Shown here piece by piece: positions 52,101 to 63,877 of a DNA stretch of 64,000 nucleotides. Both the position numbers and the translations under genes were made by a program. The notes under the pieces were generated by a model. That model was not told the origin of the DNA. It saw nothing but the letters and a program-made list of their open reading frames with translations, and did not search any database. Numbering within the stretch: the stretch's first letter is position 1; the number at the start of each line of letters is the position of its first letter. This stretch comes from Balanoglossus misakiensis (Eukaryota; Animalia; Hemichordata): contig CM082584.2 of assembly GCA_040954595.2 (NCBI GenBank), positions 1,102,281 to 1,166,280 on the forward strand. Reading direction: 5' to 3'.

Positions 52101-54909
52101 TTACTAAAGGACGTCAATGTCTGTTAACAGTCAAATGCATTGCCATCAGAAAAAAAAAATGCAAACAATTTCTTATGTTTGTAGTACGCACTTTTTGTAT
52201 ATCTGTAAACTGTGTCTCAGTTGTGAAATTCTAAGGAAATTTGTTCCTTGGGTAGAATAAAGGATTCTTAAACAAACTTAGTCACGAAAGCTAAATGGTT
52301 ACCTCAGAGAAACTGTGTTAAATTTGGTCATCATTGTTTTAAATCACACAAGACATTCCCACAGCTAAGTTACTGCAGCAGTCAGTTTCAACTCAGCTTG
52401 CAAATTGGGATCATGTCTTGTGTTCATCGAGACTGTCTGTAGTCGAGTTGACAGTCACTACAACTGTATTGCAAATATGGCAGGGTTGGGCAACTCTTCT
52501 AATTTGCATTTGAACACCTTTTCTGTTTGCGTCAAAATGATGAATAATGTTTCGTTTTCAAGAATGCCTTAATATGGGCACCCAATACAAGACAACTGCA
52601 TTGCAAATGGCATTTTCATTCAACTCTCCTGGGTACCTAAAACAATTTCAACATGGTTGACATGGCAATATTAGACAACTGTTCTAATTTGCATAATCCA
52701 AAATGGCCGCCAAATTTCTCTAACATGTTAATTTCCCATATTTGTTTTAAATGGTATGTAATATCGATTTTGCAGGGTTTCCATTAATATGGGTACCTAA
52801 AACAATTTCAACATGGTTGACATGGCAATATTAGACAACTGCTCTAATTTGCATAATTCAAACACCTGCTGGATAATTTAACGTTTGCCATTCTTGTCCC
52901 ATGATTGTATGTATTATATCTCATAACAGGCAATTAAGTGTGCTAATTGTCAAGCCAATCTTAATTCTTCATCTGCACCACAAATCAGATGCAAGGTTTA
53001 GGACTGGGAGTGTATGTGGGAGCAGCATATAGGGGCCTACAGGTATCTTTAATGGCAAGTCCTCGGTTAAAGCCAGAAGGTTTTCAGGTTGTAGGCCTCT
53101 ATTGTATCTGCAACAGTTTCTATCACCTCCATCCCACTGGCCGGCACCCGAGGGGGGGGGGGGGGGGTACTTGAAATTTTTTCGGATGGTAGTCTGTCGC
53201 CCCAGTCGATAACATCAACACGTGTAAATGCCCAAAACCCGACCTATTTGTATTATAAGTCAAATTTTCTGGTCATTTACCCCAAGTTTTTCTTAAAGAC
53301 TACATACCTATACACCTTTGTATGGGAGAACACATCCCCCACCCCCCTGCCAACACTAATTGGACAACTTTATTCTTGTTATACTTCTTTATAAGTCTAA
53401 ATGTTCAGTAAGACAAGGCAACAAGTTATTGAAGCTGCTGACCATGGAAACTATGATGAAGTATATTTTTTTCCTAGCTGTACATGTACAGTATAATTGG
53501 CCCAATGTACCAATTGGAGATGTGTGCCTTACAAGCAACACAGGTTGTATATCCAAGCCTTGTCTGTTGGCACTATGAAGGGTATTGGAAGAATGTCTCT
53601 GCTGGCCACTTTGGCCAGCCACTTTTGGCCAGCAGACTATCAAAAGGGTCAAGAAAATAGCCCTAAAAGGTATGGCACTGTATGCAAATCTAGTGCAGGA
53701 GTGGATTGATACATTTCCCATCACTGTACATGCATCATCCTGTATGGATGATGTGTACTCTAGTATTATGCACCAGATAAAAATGGTCAAAATTGCAAAA
53801 AAAGGAGATGAAACTCCCACTGGCCTTTAACGCAATCCATAGATAAAGAGACAACATGTTCAGGCATTGGATCTAAACATGGTGGATACTGACGAGGGTG
53901 TGGTGAATGATGGTGAATCCCTGGATGTTTTGAGGTCGGAATTCTGAAAAGGATTCCCATCGTGAGATTGAGGAACAGGATGATGCAGAGGGGCTGGCTC
54001 TTTGTGACTCCTATCAGTGGGGATAGACATATATTTGGGATACAGAGGTTGCACTTCCTTGCTTCATGATTAGTACGGTAACACTGCCAAATTTGCAACA
54101 CAGTTGTATTGTTTAAGGTACCCATATGAATGTGCTAATCCTGAAAATACGATATTGCGCATCATTTTGGGAAACATGGCAAAATTTCACTTTTAGTGGT
54201 GATTGGCGGCCATTTTTGATTATGCAAAATAGAAAAGTTGCCAAACACTGCCATATTTGCAATACATAACCAATATGGATGCAAATCCTGAAATTTTAGA
54301 TATTACACATAATTTTGAGAAAAAAGGGCCAAGTTTTATTTTAGAGAAGGTATTTGGCGGCCATTTTTGATCATGCATATTAGAAGAATTGTCCAACATT
54401 GCCATTTTGGCAACTCAGCTGGAATAGGTCTAGGCTCCCATATGAATGCCAATAAGCAAAAAACTTCATAGGAAAGAAAATTTCTAGGTAGGAAAATTTT
54501 GACTCAACTTCTGGTTCTAATAATAGGTGTAAGGATGTGATCGTTTGATTTTGCAACATTTTACAATTTCAAGCTGTGTGTATTTAACTCTGGTGCAATT
54601 CTGGTTGGAGAGACAAATGGCTTAAGCCATTTAATTGAAAATATAGCACTACTTCACCAGGGTTGTGCAGTACCTTTGACAACGCTTTGAACAATGTTGC
54701 AAAAAGCTTTGTGTTGAAGCTTGCTACAAGACTTGGCGTGCTGAAGCCTCTTATACTAGTCTTAGTTGAACCTCAGCTGTAACTACGTTTGTGAAACCTT
54801 AACATTCAAATCTTTGGCCAAAGTTAGTGTTGCAAAGCTTCTTCAAAGTTTTGTGAACCTCAACAATGCTTTTCTATAGAAACCTTTAAACATGCGGGGG
54901 GGGGGGGGG

Positions 54910-55113
54910 TGTAGTATTCTGACAGCTACGATCAATATAGCGCCCTCTAGTGTTGCATTGTTGGTGTTCCACTTGTTTATGAATTGCTGTACGACGTCAC
55001 TTCCGCCCAGATAAGGCGAAGCACATTGTTGAGTCTTTTCAGCCGATCAATAAATAGGTTGTTGTTATACCTTATGATCGCATTATTATTCCCATGTTGA
55101 TGGAAACATAACA
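54910..55113 (+). repeat. 5' LTR
   Basis: TGTAGTATTC...CATAACA with internal AATAAA; one visible mismatch to the 3' LTR. Confidence 0.97.
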
Positions 55114-55127
55114 TGGTGGCAGCGGTG
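55114..55127 (+). promoter_or_regulatory. Primer-binding site, tRNA-Leu-complementary
   Basis: TGGTGGCAGCGGTG directly after the 5' LTR is complementary to the 3' end of animal tRNA-Leu(AAG/TAG). Confidence 0.8.
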
Positions 55128-55223
55128 AACGTGAGTGATCAGATGTAAGCAGACTTTACACACTATCGACTACACAAGACACCAAAACTACAGAAGAAAA
55201 GATCATCGAACTGACCTGACAAG

Positions 55224-58200
55224 ATGGCGGCCGCACTACAAACGCCCTTCACAGCCCCAAAGATGGAATGGGACGCGCCAGATCTAGCACTAGCCTTCAG
55301 TCGTTTTCGTCAAAAATGTGAGTTAACATTTAAGACAGCACTTAAAGATGCTAACGATGAAGAGAAAGCTAGCTACATATTCTATGGTCCGGTGAACCAG
55401 GTCTTGACAAATACAACAGTTGGTCGTTTGAAAATGAAGACCAGCGGAAAGTCCCCACAGTACTATTCGACAAATTTTCCGAACACTTAGAGCCGAAGTC
55501 GAATCATCGCATACATAGATACCAATTCCAAGATATGAGACAAGACCCTGGAGAACCAGTTGATGATTTCTTTTCGAAATTGAAAAATGAAGCCGCCAAA
55601 TGCAAATTTGGGGATACAAAAGAACAGGAAGCAAGACTCGTAGATCAGTTGATATGGGGGATCTGTCACCAAGAAATACAGAAGAAACTTATTGGGCGTG
55701 ATGAGAAACTGACCTTGAAGGAGGCGCTCGATATAGCTAGAGGTCACGAAGCCACAACAAAACACATGAAAACGCTCACAAATTGCCATATTGCTAATCC
55801 TGTGGATAGCAAAGCTGTCAATGCAGTAAAAAGGCAGCCCAACAAGACACACCCCAAACAATGTAAGCATTTCGGAAAAAAGCATGACACCTCAGTGAAA
55901 AGTAACTGCCCAGCATATGGCTCGAAATGCCGAAATTGTGGGAAACCTAATCACTGGCAGGCGGTATGCCGTTCCAAAACCAGCTCAAGCGAACCGAAGT
56001 CACAGCAGAGACGAGGTGGAAAACCAATCCATAATGTGACACGCTCGAGCAGCAACATGCATCAAATAGATGATGAAGTCCTAGATGTTGGAACTATCGA
56101 AATAAATGCATTGGACAACATCAACAGACAAGAAGAAATATACACGAAGCTGACAATCACACAGAGCGAAAAGAAAAGGAAAGTAGCACTGAGATGCAAG
56201 ATTGATACCGGTGCACAGGGCAATATACTGCCCCTCTGTCTTTTCAAGATCATATTTCCAGAGAAACTGGATAAACACGGAAATCCAAAACGCGGGCACT
56301 TGAAGGAAAATAAAACAATCCTTACCGCATATGGAGGTTCCAAAATCAAACAGCTTGGCACCATCGTCATTCCATGTGAACATAGAGAGAGGAAAATCAG
56401 ATGCCTCTTCTATGTAACTGACGCCGCAGGCCCAGCCATTTTAGGGTTAAAGGCAAGCAGAGCCTTAAACCTGATACAAATAAACTGTTCAGTAGAAGCC
56501 ATACAAGTGCAGGCGAGCCCAGAGTGCAAGACAGCACAGCCTGGAAGAAATGTGGAAGTGGAAAAGAGAAAGATGAACGAACAGAAGCCAGCAGGAAGAA
56601 ACAGAAACCCTGCAGATGACTACATAGACAGTAATACACCCATCAGGGACCGCCCTCCCATAAAGAACAAAGAACAGTTGCTGAGGATGTACCCTGATTG
56701 CTTTGACGACGTGGTCGGATGTTTTGAAAACTACACATACCACATCACTCTTGATCCAGAAGTACAACCAGTAGTACACCCTGCCCGCAGAGTTCCATTA
56801 GAACTAATGGATAGACTCAAAACCGAGCTGCAGGAGATGGAAGATAAGCAAATCATCGCCAAAGTGAACCAGCCTACGAACTGGGTCAATTCTCTTGTTG
56901 TCCGGGAGAAAGACAATGGAAGACTTCGCATTTGTCTGGACCCGAAGGACTTGAACAAAGCCATTAAAAGGGATCATTACCCTACACCCACATTGGAGGA
57001 GATTACCCCAAAGTTGGCAGGCGCAACACTTTTCAGCAAGCTAGACGCGCGGAACGGATACTGGAATGTAAAGATCGATGAAGAATCATCCTTCCTGACG
57101 ACCTTGAACACACCATATGGCCGTTACAGATTCCTACGAATGCCATTTGGGCTAAGGATGAGCCAAGATGTGTTTCAATTCAAAATTGATGAAACATACA
57201 GAGAGTGTGAAGGTGCAGTCGGCATTGCAGACGATATACAAGTCTTAGGATCAGGAGAGCGACACCATGACCTGCATCTACACGAAGCCATGGAACGAAC
57301 CAGGAAAGCAGGCATTAAACTGAACAAAGAGAAATGCTACATCAAGACAAAAGAATGTAGTTTCTTTGGCATGTTATACACAGAAGACGGAGTTAAACCC
57401 AACCCAGAAAAGGTTAAGGCGATAGAGATGATGCATCCGCCTAGAGACAAGACCGAACTGCGCACATTCCTCGGAATGGTGAACTACATGGGTTCATTCA
57501 TACTCAGATTAGCTGAACACACAGCACCACTGAGAGAGCTCATCAGAGACGACACTGAGTTTGAGTGGTCTCCGACACACACAAAGTCTTTCAATATGAT
57601 CAAGGACCTGATCAGCACAAAGACTACACTTGCTTACTACGACCGTAAGAAGCCTGTCACTCTACAAGTCGACGCATCGGGAAAGGGAATCGGAGCGGTG
57701 CTCATACAGGAACAGAGACCTATAGCATTTGCGTCCAAGGCCCTGACACCAGCGGAAACCCGATACGCCAATATAGAAAGAGAACTACTCGCGGTAGTCT
57801 ACGGATGTGAGAAGTTTCGCACATATCTCTACGGCAGAAGTTTCATAGTAGAGAGTGATCATCGACCGTTGGAGCAAATTCAGAGGAAGAATTTGACCAA
57901 GGCACCACCCCAATTACAGAGAATGCTGTTGCGCATACAGCCGTATGATTTCACCATACACTACAAGCCAAGCAAACAGATGATACTTGCCGACGCACTA
58001 TCTAGACTGTCACCACAAGATCAGAACGAAATCAGTGACATGAAAGTCCAGATACACCACCTGGTGAAGATCACACCAATGAGACAGATGGAGATCAAAG
58101 AAGAAACTACCAAAGATGAAATTCTTCAATTATTGATCCAGCAAGTCCTGAAAGGATGGCCAGATAGCATCAAGGACATCCACGCTGATATTCGACCCTA

Positions 58201-59371
58201 CTGGTCTATTCGAGACGATATCGCTATCGAAGATGGTATTATCCTGATAGGCAGCCGACTCCTCATACCAGCAGTAATGAGAGATGAAATGCTACAACGC
58301 ATTCATAGCAGTCACCTGGGGATCGAGAAATGCAAGCTGAGAGCCAGATCCAGCGTGTACTGGCCTGGAATTTGTAAAGATATAGAGAGACTAGTAACAG
58401 GATGCAACGCGTGCCAGAAATTCCAGAATTCCCAGCAGAAGGAACCGATGATTCCAATGGAAATTCCACCACGACTGTGGCACACAATTGGAGCAGACCT
58501 ATTCTACGTGAACCAAACATGGTACATGATAGTTGCTGACTACTACTCCAAGTTCCCCTTCATTAGGAAACTTGAAGACCTCAGAGCCAGTACCATTATG
58601 AGAGCCCTCCGAATTCTATTTGCAGAGCAAGGAATACCCGAGAAACTAGTTTGTGACAACGGATCTCAGTTTACAGCTAGAGACTTCCACAGCCTAACTG
58701 AGAAGTATGGTTTTGCGATAGTCACATCATCACCATACTATCCCAAAGGGCACGGTTTTATCGAGCGACATGTACAGACCGTGAAGAACATCCTGATGAA
58801 GTGCAAAGAGTCCGGAGATGATCCGAATCTAGCATTGTTGGCACTTCGCGCGACTCCATTGAAGTCCAACATACCATCACCAGCTGAGTTGCTGAACAGC
58901 AGAGCATACAAGACAACTCTCCCAGCCAAAATTCACCCAGCAAGAAACGGGGAGGAAGTTCGTCAATACCTGACATCTCAACAGCAGGCCCAGACTTCCA
59001 GCCACGACCAGCACTCCAGACAACTACCAGAATTGCTGACAGGTCAACAAGTCCATGTACAAAACCCAATCAGCAAAACATGGAGTCCAGCGAGAGTTGT
59101 AGCCCCAGCAAACACACCTAGGTCCTACACCGTGAAGTTAGACAACGGGAAACAAATGCGACGCAACAGGATCCACCTGAAACCAGTCAGCGCAGAACTG
59201 AAACCAGCACAGACAGGGATGGATCAACACAATATTGCACCAGCAGTCACAGAGGGAACACCGCCTCAACAACCCGCAACGCCAGCGTCACCAGCCCAAG
59301 AATCGTTGAGATCAACACGAACCAGAACAAATATACAAAAGCCGTCTCGATACAAAGATTATGTGACTGAT
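55224..59371 (+). CDS. Gag-Pol polyprotein (gag, Zn knuckles, protease, RT, RNase H, integrase); 1-nt frameshift near 55380 joins ORF 55224 to ORF 55535
   Basis: CRNCGKPNHWQAVC knuckle, KIDTGA protease, RMPFG and IADDI RT, DASGKGIGAVL / YANIERELLA / SDHRPL RNase H, HSSHLG..CNAC and ADLF..DNG..E integrase. The ORF track gives 55535..59374; the stop TGA follows YVTD at about 59371. Confidence 0.95.
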
Positions 59372-59454
59372 TGATAGCTTTTTCTGATATTGAGATACGC
59401 CATTTGTTCCACAGAAAGTTGAGTTATACAGAGGAAAATTTATCACATTTTTCC

Positions 59455-59466
59455 CAGAAGAGGGGA
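59455..59466 (+). promoter_or_regulatory. Polypurine tract
   Basis: AGAAGAGGGGA immediately before the 3' LTR. Confidence 0.85.
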
Positions 59467-59670
59467 TGTAGTATTCTGACAGCTACGATCAATATAGCGC
59501 CCTCTAGTGTTGCATTGTTGGTGTTCCACTTGTTTAAGAATTGCTGTACGACGTCACTTCCGCCCAGATAAGGCGAAGCACATTGTTGAGTCTTTTCAGC
59601 CGATCAATAAATAGGTTGTTGTTATACCTTATGATCGCATTATTATTCCCATGTTGATGGAAACATAACA
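59467..59670 (+). repeat. 3' LTR
   Basis: TGTAGTATTC...CATAACA, followed by GGGGGG. Confidence 0.97.
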
Positions 59671-60650
59671 GGGGGGACACCAACATCGTAGTCAGTGAGG
59701 TCATCTATGGTGGTGGGCGCGTCTTCCACTCGGCACTCCTCCGCGCACGCTTGGGGGATAAAAAATGCATCAAAAACCCCTGGCGCGTCCTCGCTCCCCC
59801 TGCGTCGATGGATTCTGTGCGACTGCTTCCGCCCCCGTCCTCTCTGGTTGCTGTGTCCGGATTGATGATGTTTTTCGGTGAGGTCGGATTTCCCGGAATT
59901 CTTCCTGTCGTGATTGGGATACCCACCTCAGCAGTATGCTAAGGACACGCCAGTGGATGAGAATCGCTGGTGTGGTGGGGGAGCTCAGTCGGAACCTGTT
60001 CGGCACCTCCCACCCCTGGAAGACGCACAGGCGCTTCATCATCACCATGGACTCCGGTGAACAAAAGGATTCCGTAGGGATCCGTCCAGGTCCGCCCCTG
60101 CGGATATAGAAGTCTAGCAGGTCGGGTATTTCATTTCCTGGACCACACAGCCAGTATAGGTGAGTTTCTCTAACGCCTCCACCGCGTCCCGCTCGCGGAA
60201 TACTACCGGCTTCTCAGTAAAAATAACTGGAAGGTGGCACTGAAAGGCGTGTTTCTTCAGTTTGCGCGTGGACCTCCGGCCTCCCGGGAACGGACATGGA
60301 GAAGGGCCTGATGAGTAATGTGGAACAGAGGATAGGGGGCTCCTTCAGGCCGGCCTGGCGCTCCTCCAGCGGCGTTCGTCTTCTTTGGGCGGTTCCGGCG
60401 TTGGATACCGGATCGGTGATCGACGTCTGGGGCTGAGATCTCCCCAGCGTGAAAAGGATGGTCGTTCACGGGAAGGTGGGCGGTCCCGCCTTTCCTCTCG
60501 AGAACGCTCCGGTCGCGGCGACCGGGTTGGGGATCTGGACCTAGTAGGGCTGCCGGGGTGGCGTCGAAGTTCCCAGGGGATTAGATATTCCCCCGCCTCC
60601 AACGTCGCCTCCAGCTCCAATGGGTTGATCAGTGACTGCAGCGGCAGCAT
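59671..60650 (-). pseudogene. Frameshifted Arg/Ser/Pro-rich + C2H2-like + N-terminal TatD-like coding region
   Basis: Reading across one stop and several frameshifts: RSRSPTRSPR..; CPFPGGRRSTRKLKKHAFQCHLPVIF; YWLCGPGNEIPDLLDF; WEVPNRFRLSSPTTPAILIHWRVLSILL; GVFDA followed by a disrupted HxH-like segment; TIDDLTDYDVGVP. The TatD assignment rests on recalled motif similarity, not a search. Confidence 0.5.
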
Positions 60651-60674
60651 TTCTTGGCGTGGGGGTGATGGCTC

Positions 60675-61934
60675 CTACAGCAGCCGTTGGTTTCCCCCGT
60701 CTCTCGCTACTGCTATTGGGGGTGATACACGGGTGCGGGGTGGGTCTGGCCCTTCCGACACCTCCATCGCCTGGTCCTTGTCACCACCGAGTACCTGCTT
60801 TTCCAGCTGCGGATCCCGGAAGATGCTCAAAGTTTCCTCCAGGTCGTCAGCTGCGGTGGTGGTTCTTGTGGGCTCTTGCGGGGAGATATGGCCAACGAAT
60901 CCCCCACGTACGCGGCCTGGATTGAACTCCCGAGGTAGTGTGCAGGTTTTTATGGCTGCGTCGGATGGTACGGGCAGGTTGGCTTCGGTCTTTTCCTTCC
61001 CGTATACATGCATGGCCTCCTCCCGTACCGTGGACATCCATCCTATGTCGCCTAGAACCGTGGCTACCTGACAGTTCTCACGGAGCATCAGGAACAGTAT
61101 TTTATGTCTCACCTCCACTTCAGTTGTCGCTGTTGTATTTAATGTGGACGATGTTTTATATCTGTTGATAACCAATGGGCCTAGTTTAACTGTGGCACCT
61201 ACATCCAGTGGCAGCGCTGTTTTCTCACCCCAAAGGTTGACTTCAGCATCTCTTGTGCCATCAGTTATGGTCAGTTTACGTCTCTTTGTAGAATTCGATG
61301 TATGTGTCACTGATTCATACTGTAGTGGAAATAAAATGGAAAACATTGAATGTTAATAATTACGAGTAGTAAATGTTGTGGAGAAATAGTGCAAGAGTGG
61401 TTGTTTTTTGTCAGTTGCTTTTTAAAATTTGAACTGCAAAATGATGAATCGATGGCAGTAATTTTGACCCGAGGTGAGTTGACAAGGCATGGTTGTATCA
61501 TATAAATGGATTTTCAATGTACGTGATCGCATGGAGGCTGCCATATTGGATTACATCCGAAGACCTTCCCATTGGGCTTCGGTTGAATTCGGGAAAGGTC
61601 TCTAAAATGTAATGGGTCATTCAATTTTGTAGAGTAAATTTCTAAAAATGTAGAAGATGGGAGGTTAAGATACCCAAAATGACTACGGCAAAAAAAAGTC
61701 AGGCCCATAAGTTACGGGGTGCGATTATAACGTACCTTTGCTCTATCATAGAGGCAAATGGTATTATCTCTTCCAGTGGAAAAGTTCCAGAACGTTGCCA
61801 TCCTGCTGCATACAAGGCACGCTAAACAGTTTCCCGTTGGCGGAATTCCGGATCTCGACATCCTCCATGAGGCGCAATTTCAGTGCCACGCCTTGGCTGG
61901 TTGGGGATGAGGGACCGGGAGCCGGGGATGCCAT
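60675..61934 (-). pseudogene. Spliced RPA70-like OB-fold (ssDNA-binding) gene with disablements
   Basis: ATG at 61934; exons 61947-61736 (|GTACGT), 61601-~61450 and 61319-61113 (CTACAG|..|GTGAGA). YESVTHTSNSTKRRKLTITDGTRDAEVNLWGEK resembles RPA70 DBD-B (YED..[22 protein letters not shown]). One frameshift and one in-frame TGA (61514-61516). Confidence 0.65.
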
Positions 61935-62219
61935 AACGCCGTTAAACCTGAAAAATAGATTGAGAGTGGATATTGTTTTACACAATTTTTGAACATTGAA
62001 GTAAAGTATTAGAATGATGGAGTCCGATAAAAAAGTGAGTTGGTGATTGCGGCATCCGACTTCGTTATTAAAAATGGAAAGATTTGCGATTTGAGATTCG
62101 GTTACCATTTGCAAGTTTGAAAGGAAATATTTCATTGAAGCACAGTGGCAACTACTGGGTTATGGAGAATTTTTGAAATGTTGATGAACGGAGACTTATT
62201 AGAATCAATGAAAACCTAC

Positions 62220-62390
62220 CTTTAACGGTGTTACGGTTACTAAACGTGAGAGACCGCTTGTCTCGTTCATCCGATTCTGAGCTCCTAGCTCTTGTGGAGA
62301 CATGCGGAGGTACAGCGGGTTAACGGTTAGAAAGTGTTGATGAAAGAAATAAGTTTATAGGCCAATCAGGAGTTAGATTCGAATGTCCGA
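62220..62390 (-). promoter_or_regulatory. Putative promoter / non-coding first exon of the OB-fold gene
   Basis: Minus-strand donor AAG|GTAGGT at 62220/62219 pairs with acceptor TTTTTCAG| at 61948, just upstream of the ATG; CCAAT at ~62362. Confidence 0.45.
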
Positions 62391-62712
62391 AAATGAGAAA
62401 CCGTAGGCGAACGCAACAGACAGCAATTTAAATTTGCATAACTAGAGGTTTGGGTGGAAAGATTTCAGAATTTAACGCACATATACAGATATTTTGTAGT
62501 GGAAATTTGAGTATATTATAAATAGTACATGTAATAAGACTGTGAATTGATTTTATTTACTGACAATTAAATGAAGTTACCCTTTGAGTATGGGTGTTTA
62601 TCGAGGGGGGGGGGGGTCCAAAAAAATGTTAGAAACTGTTGAAGATGAAACCGGAAAGATGTAGCAAATTCGTTAGTTTTCCCTTTTTTGGAAATTATGC
62701 TCGAAGCGTGTG

Positions 62713-62803
62713 ATTGGTCAATTAGTCAGAAGGGGATTGGTTGGAAATAGTCGAATATGATTGGGCAATAAGTTCGAAGCTGAAATCCCTCAGGCTGTAT
62801 AAA
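62713..62803 (+). promoter_or_regulatory. Three ATTGG (CCAAT) boxes followed by a TATA box
   Basis: ATTGG at 62713, 62736 and 62760; TATAAA at 62798; ATGs at 62827 and 62834. Confidence 0.5.
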
Positions 62804-63877
62804 TACGGTGTTTGTGGCGTGTACTAATGGAGTATGGCTGGGGTGTGTTGTGTCGAGCAGTCTAGTATATCATTTGTGGGGCATTGAATATTTAGAACAA
62901 AGTTCTCTATGTCGGACTTCCTAACATATACTCGATCGTTGATAACAAAACGAGCAGATATTTTTGTGCAAATAGTGTGCGCAAAACAACAACTAAACAT
63001 GAAGACAACAAGATAGTACTGCGTGCGGTGCGACTCGGTTGTAAGCGTCAAGTCAAAAACTGCAAAGACATGCAACAGGTGTAAATATAGTCGACTGAAA
63101 TGCTGAAAAACCATGAATATCGATTGGCTCAAAGTGATGGGAATCGGCTCAACTTACCGGAGGGAATTGGTACATTATATAACGAGTAAACTAGAACGAA
63201 AGAAATCCCAGCGTGAACACTGGAAATTGTTCATAAATTAATATTTATACATGTATGTGTATATTGCGTAACCTTCGAAAATTCGAATATCATTAGCACT
63301 TGGCCTAAAAAGTTGTGCATTGCGAGTGGGACACTGGGCAATTATTTTTATGGGCCGCCATCGCTATGCAGTTTAGATGTAGTATTTTACTCAACGTTTA
63401 CCGGCAAGTGAGTGATTTGCTTTCAGAAGGTAATGAGACGGAAATAAACTTATGCAATCAGAGTTAATTATTCGTGAGAATACAAAATTTTGTACTAGAT
63501 TTATTGTAATTTTTCAGTGTATACTCCTGGCCTTCGCAGGACTTTCATTTTTTACCCGGTTTGTGTGTTTTCGGGTTACCCATGGGCACTCTCTACCTGT
63601 TTTAAAACTCTGAACAAGTCGATGTCACGTGTATCATTTTATGTACGACGTACATCATTATAATAATGCTATAGTGAAGTTTTTAAAAAGGAAATATTTT
63701 TTTAGTGTTATTCTCTTCGTTTTTTTTATGACTGAAATATGCTTGTGCTTGATGGAAAAACCGGATTCAACCTTAGCTTAATATATGCATTATCGTTCGC
63801 AACTGACGTCATATAATGCAGCAATTTCCCTCCGGTTAAATTGAACCAATCGGCATTCCAGTTTTTCCACCATTTCA

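Larger units (their letters stand above)
39247..53540 (-). repeat. Right arm of the giant imperfect inverted repeat
   Basis: Reverse complement of 22893-32959, plus a 3119-bp tandem duplication and two arm-specific insertions. Confidence 0.9.
54910..59670 (+). mobile_element. Full-length Ty3/Gypsy LTR retrotransposon (Mag-like)
   Basis: Two 204-bp TG..CA LTRs, PBS, PPT, a gag-pol ORF and GGGGG on both flanks. Confidence 0.97.

Noticed and set aside
55323-59069. Minus-strand ORFs inside the Gypsy element
   Set aside because: Antisense shadows of gag-pol with no motifs.
60385-61071. 228-aa plus-strand Arg/Ser/Gly-rich ORF
   Set aside because: Antisense to the minus-strand unit, which has the splice sites and protein motifs; GC-rich sequence with few stops.
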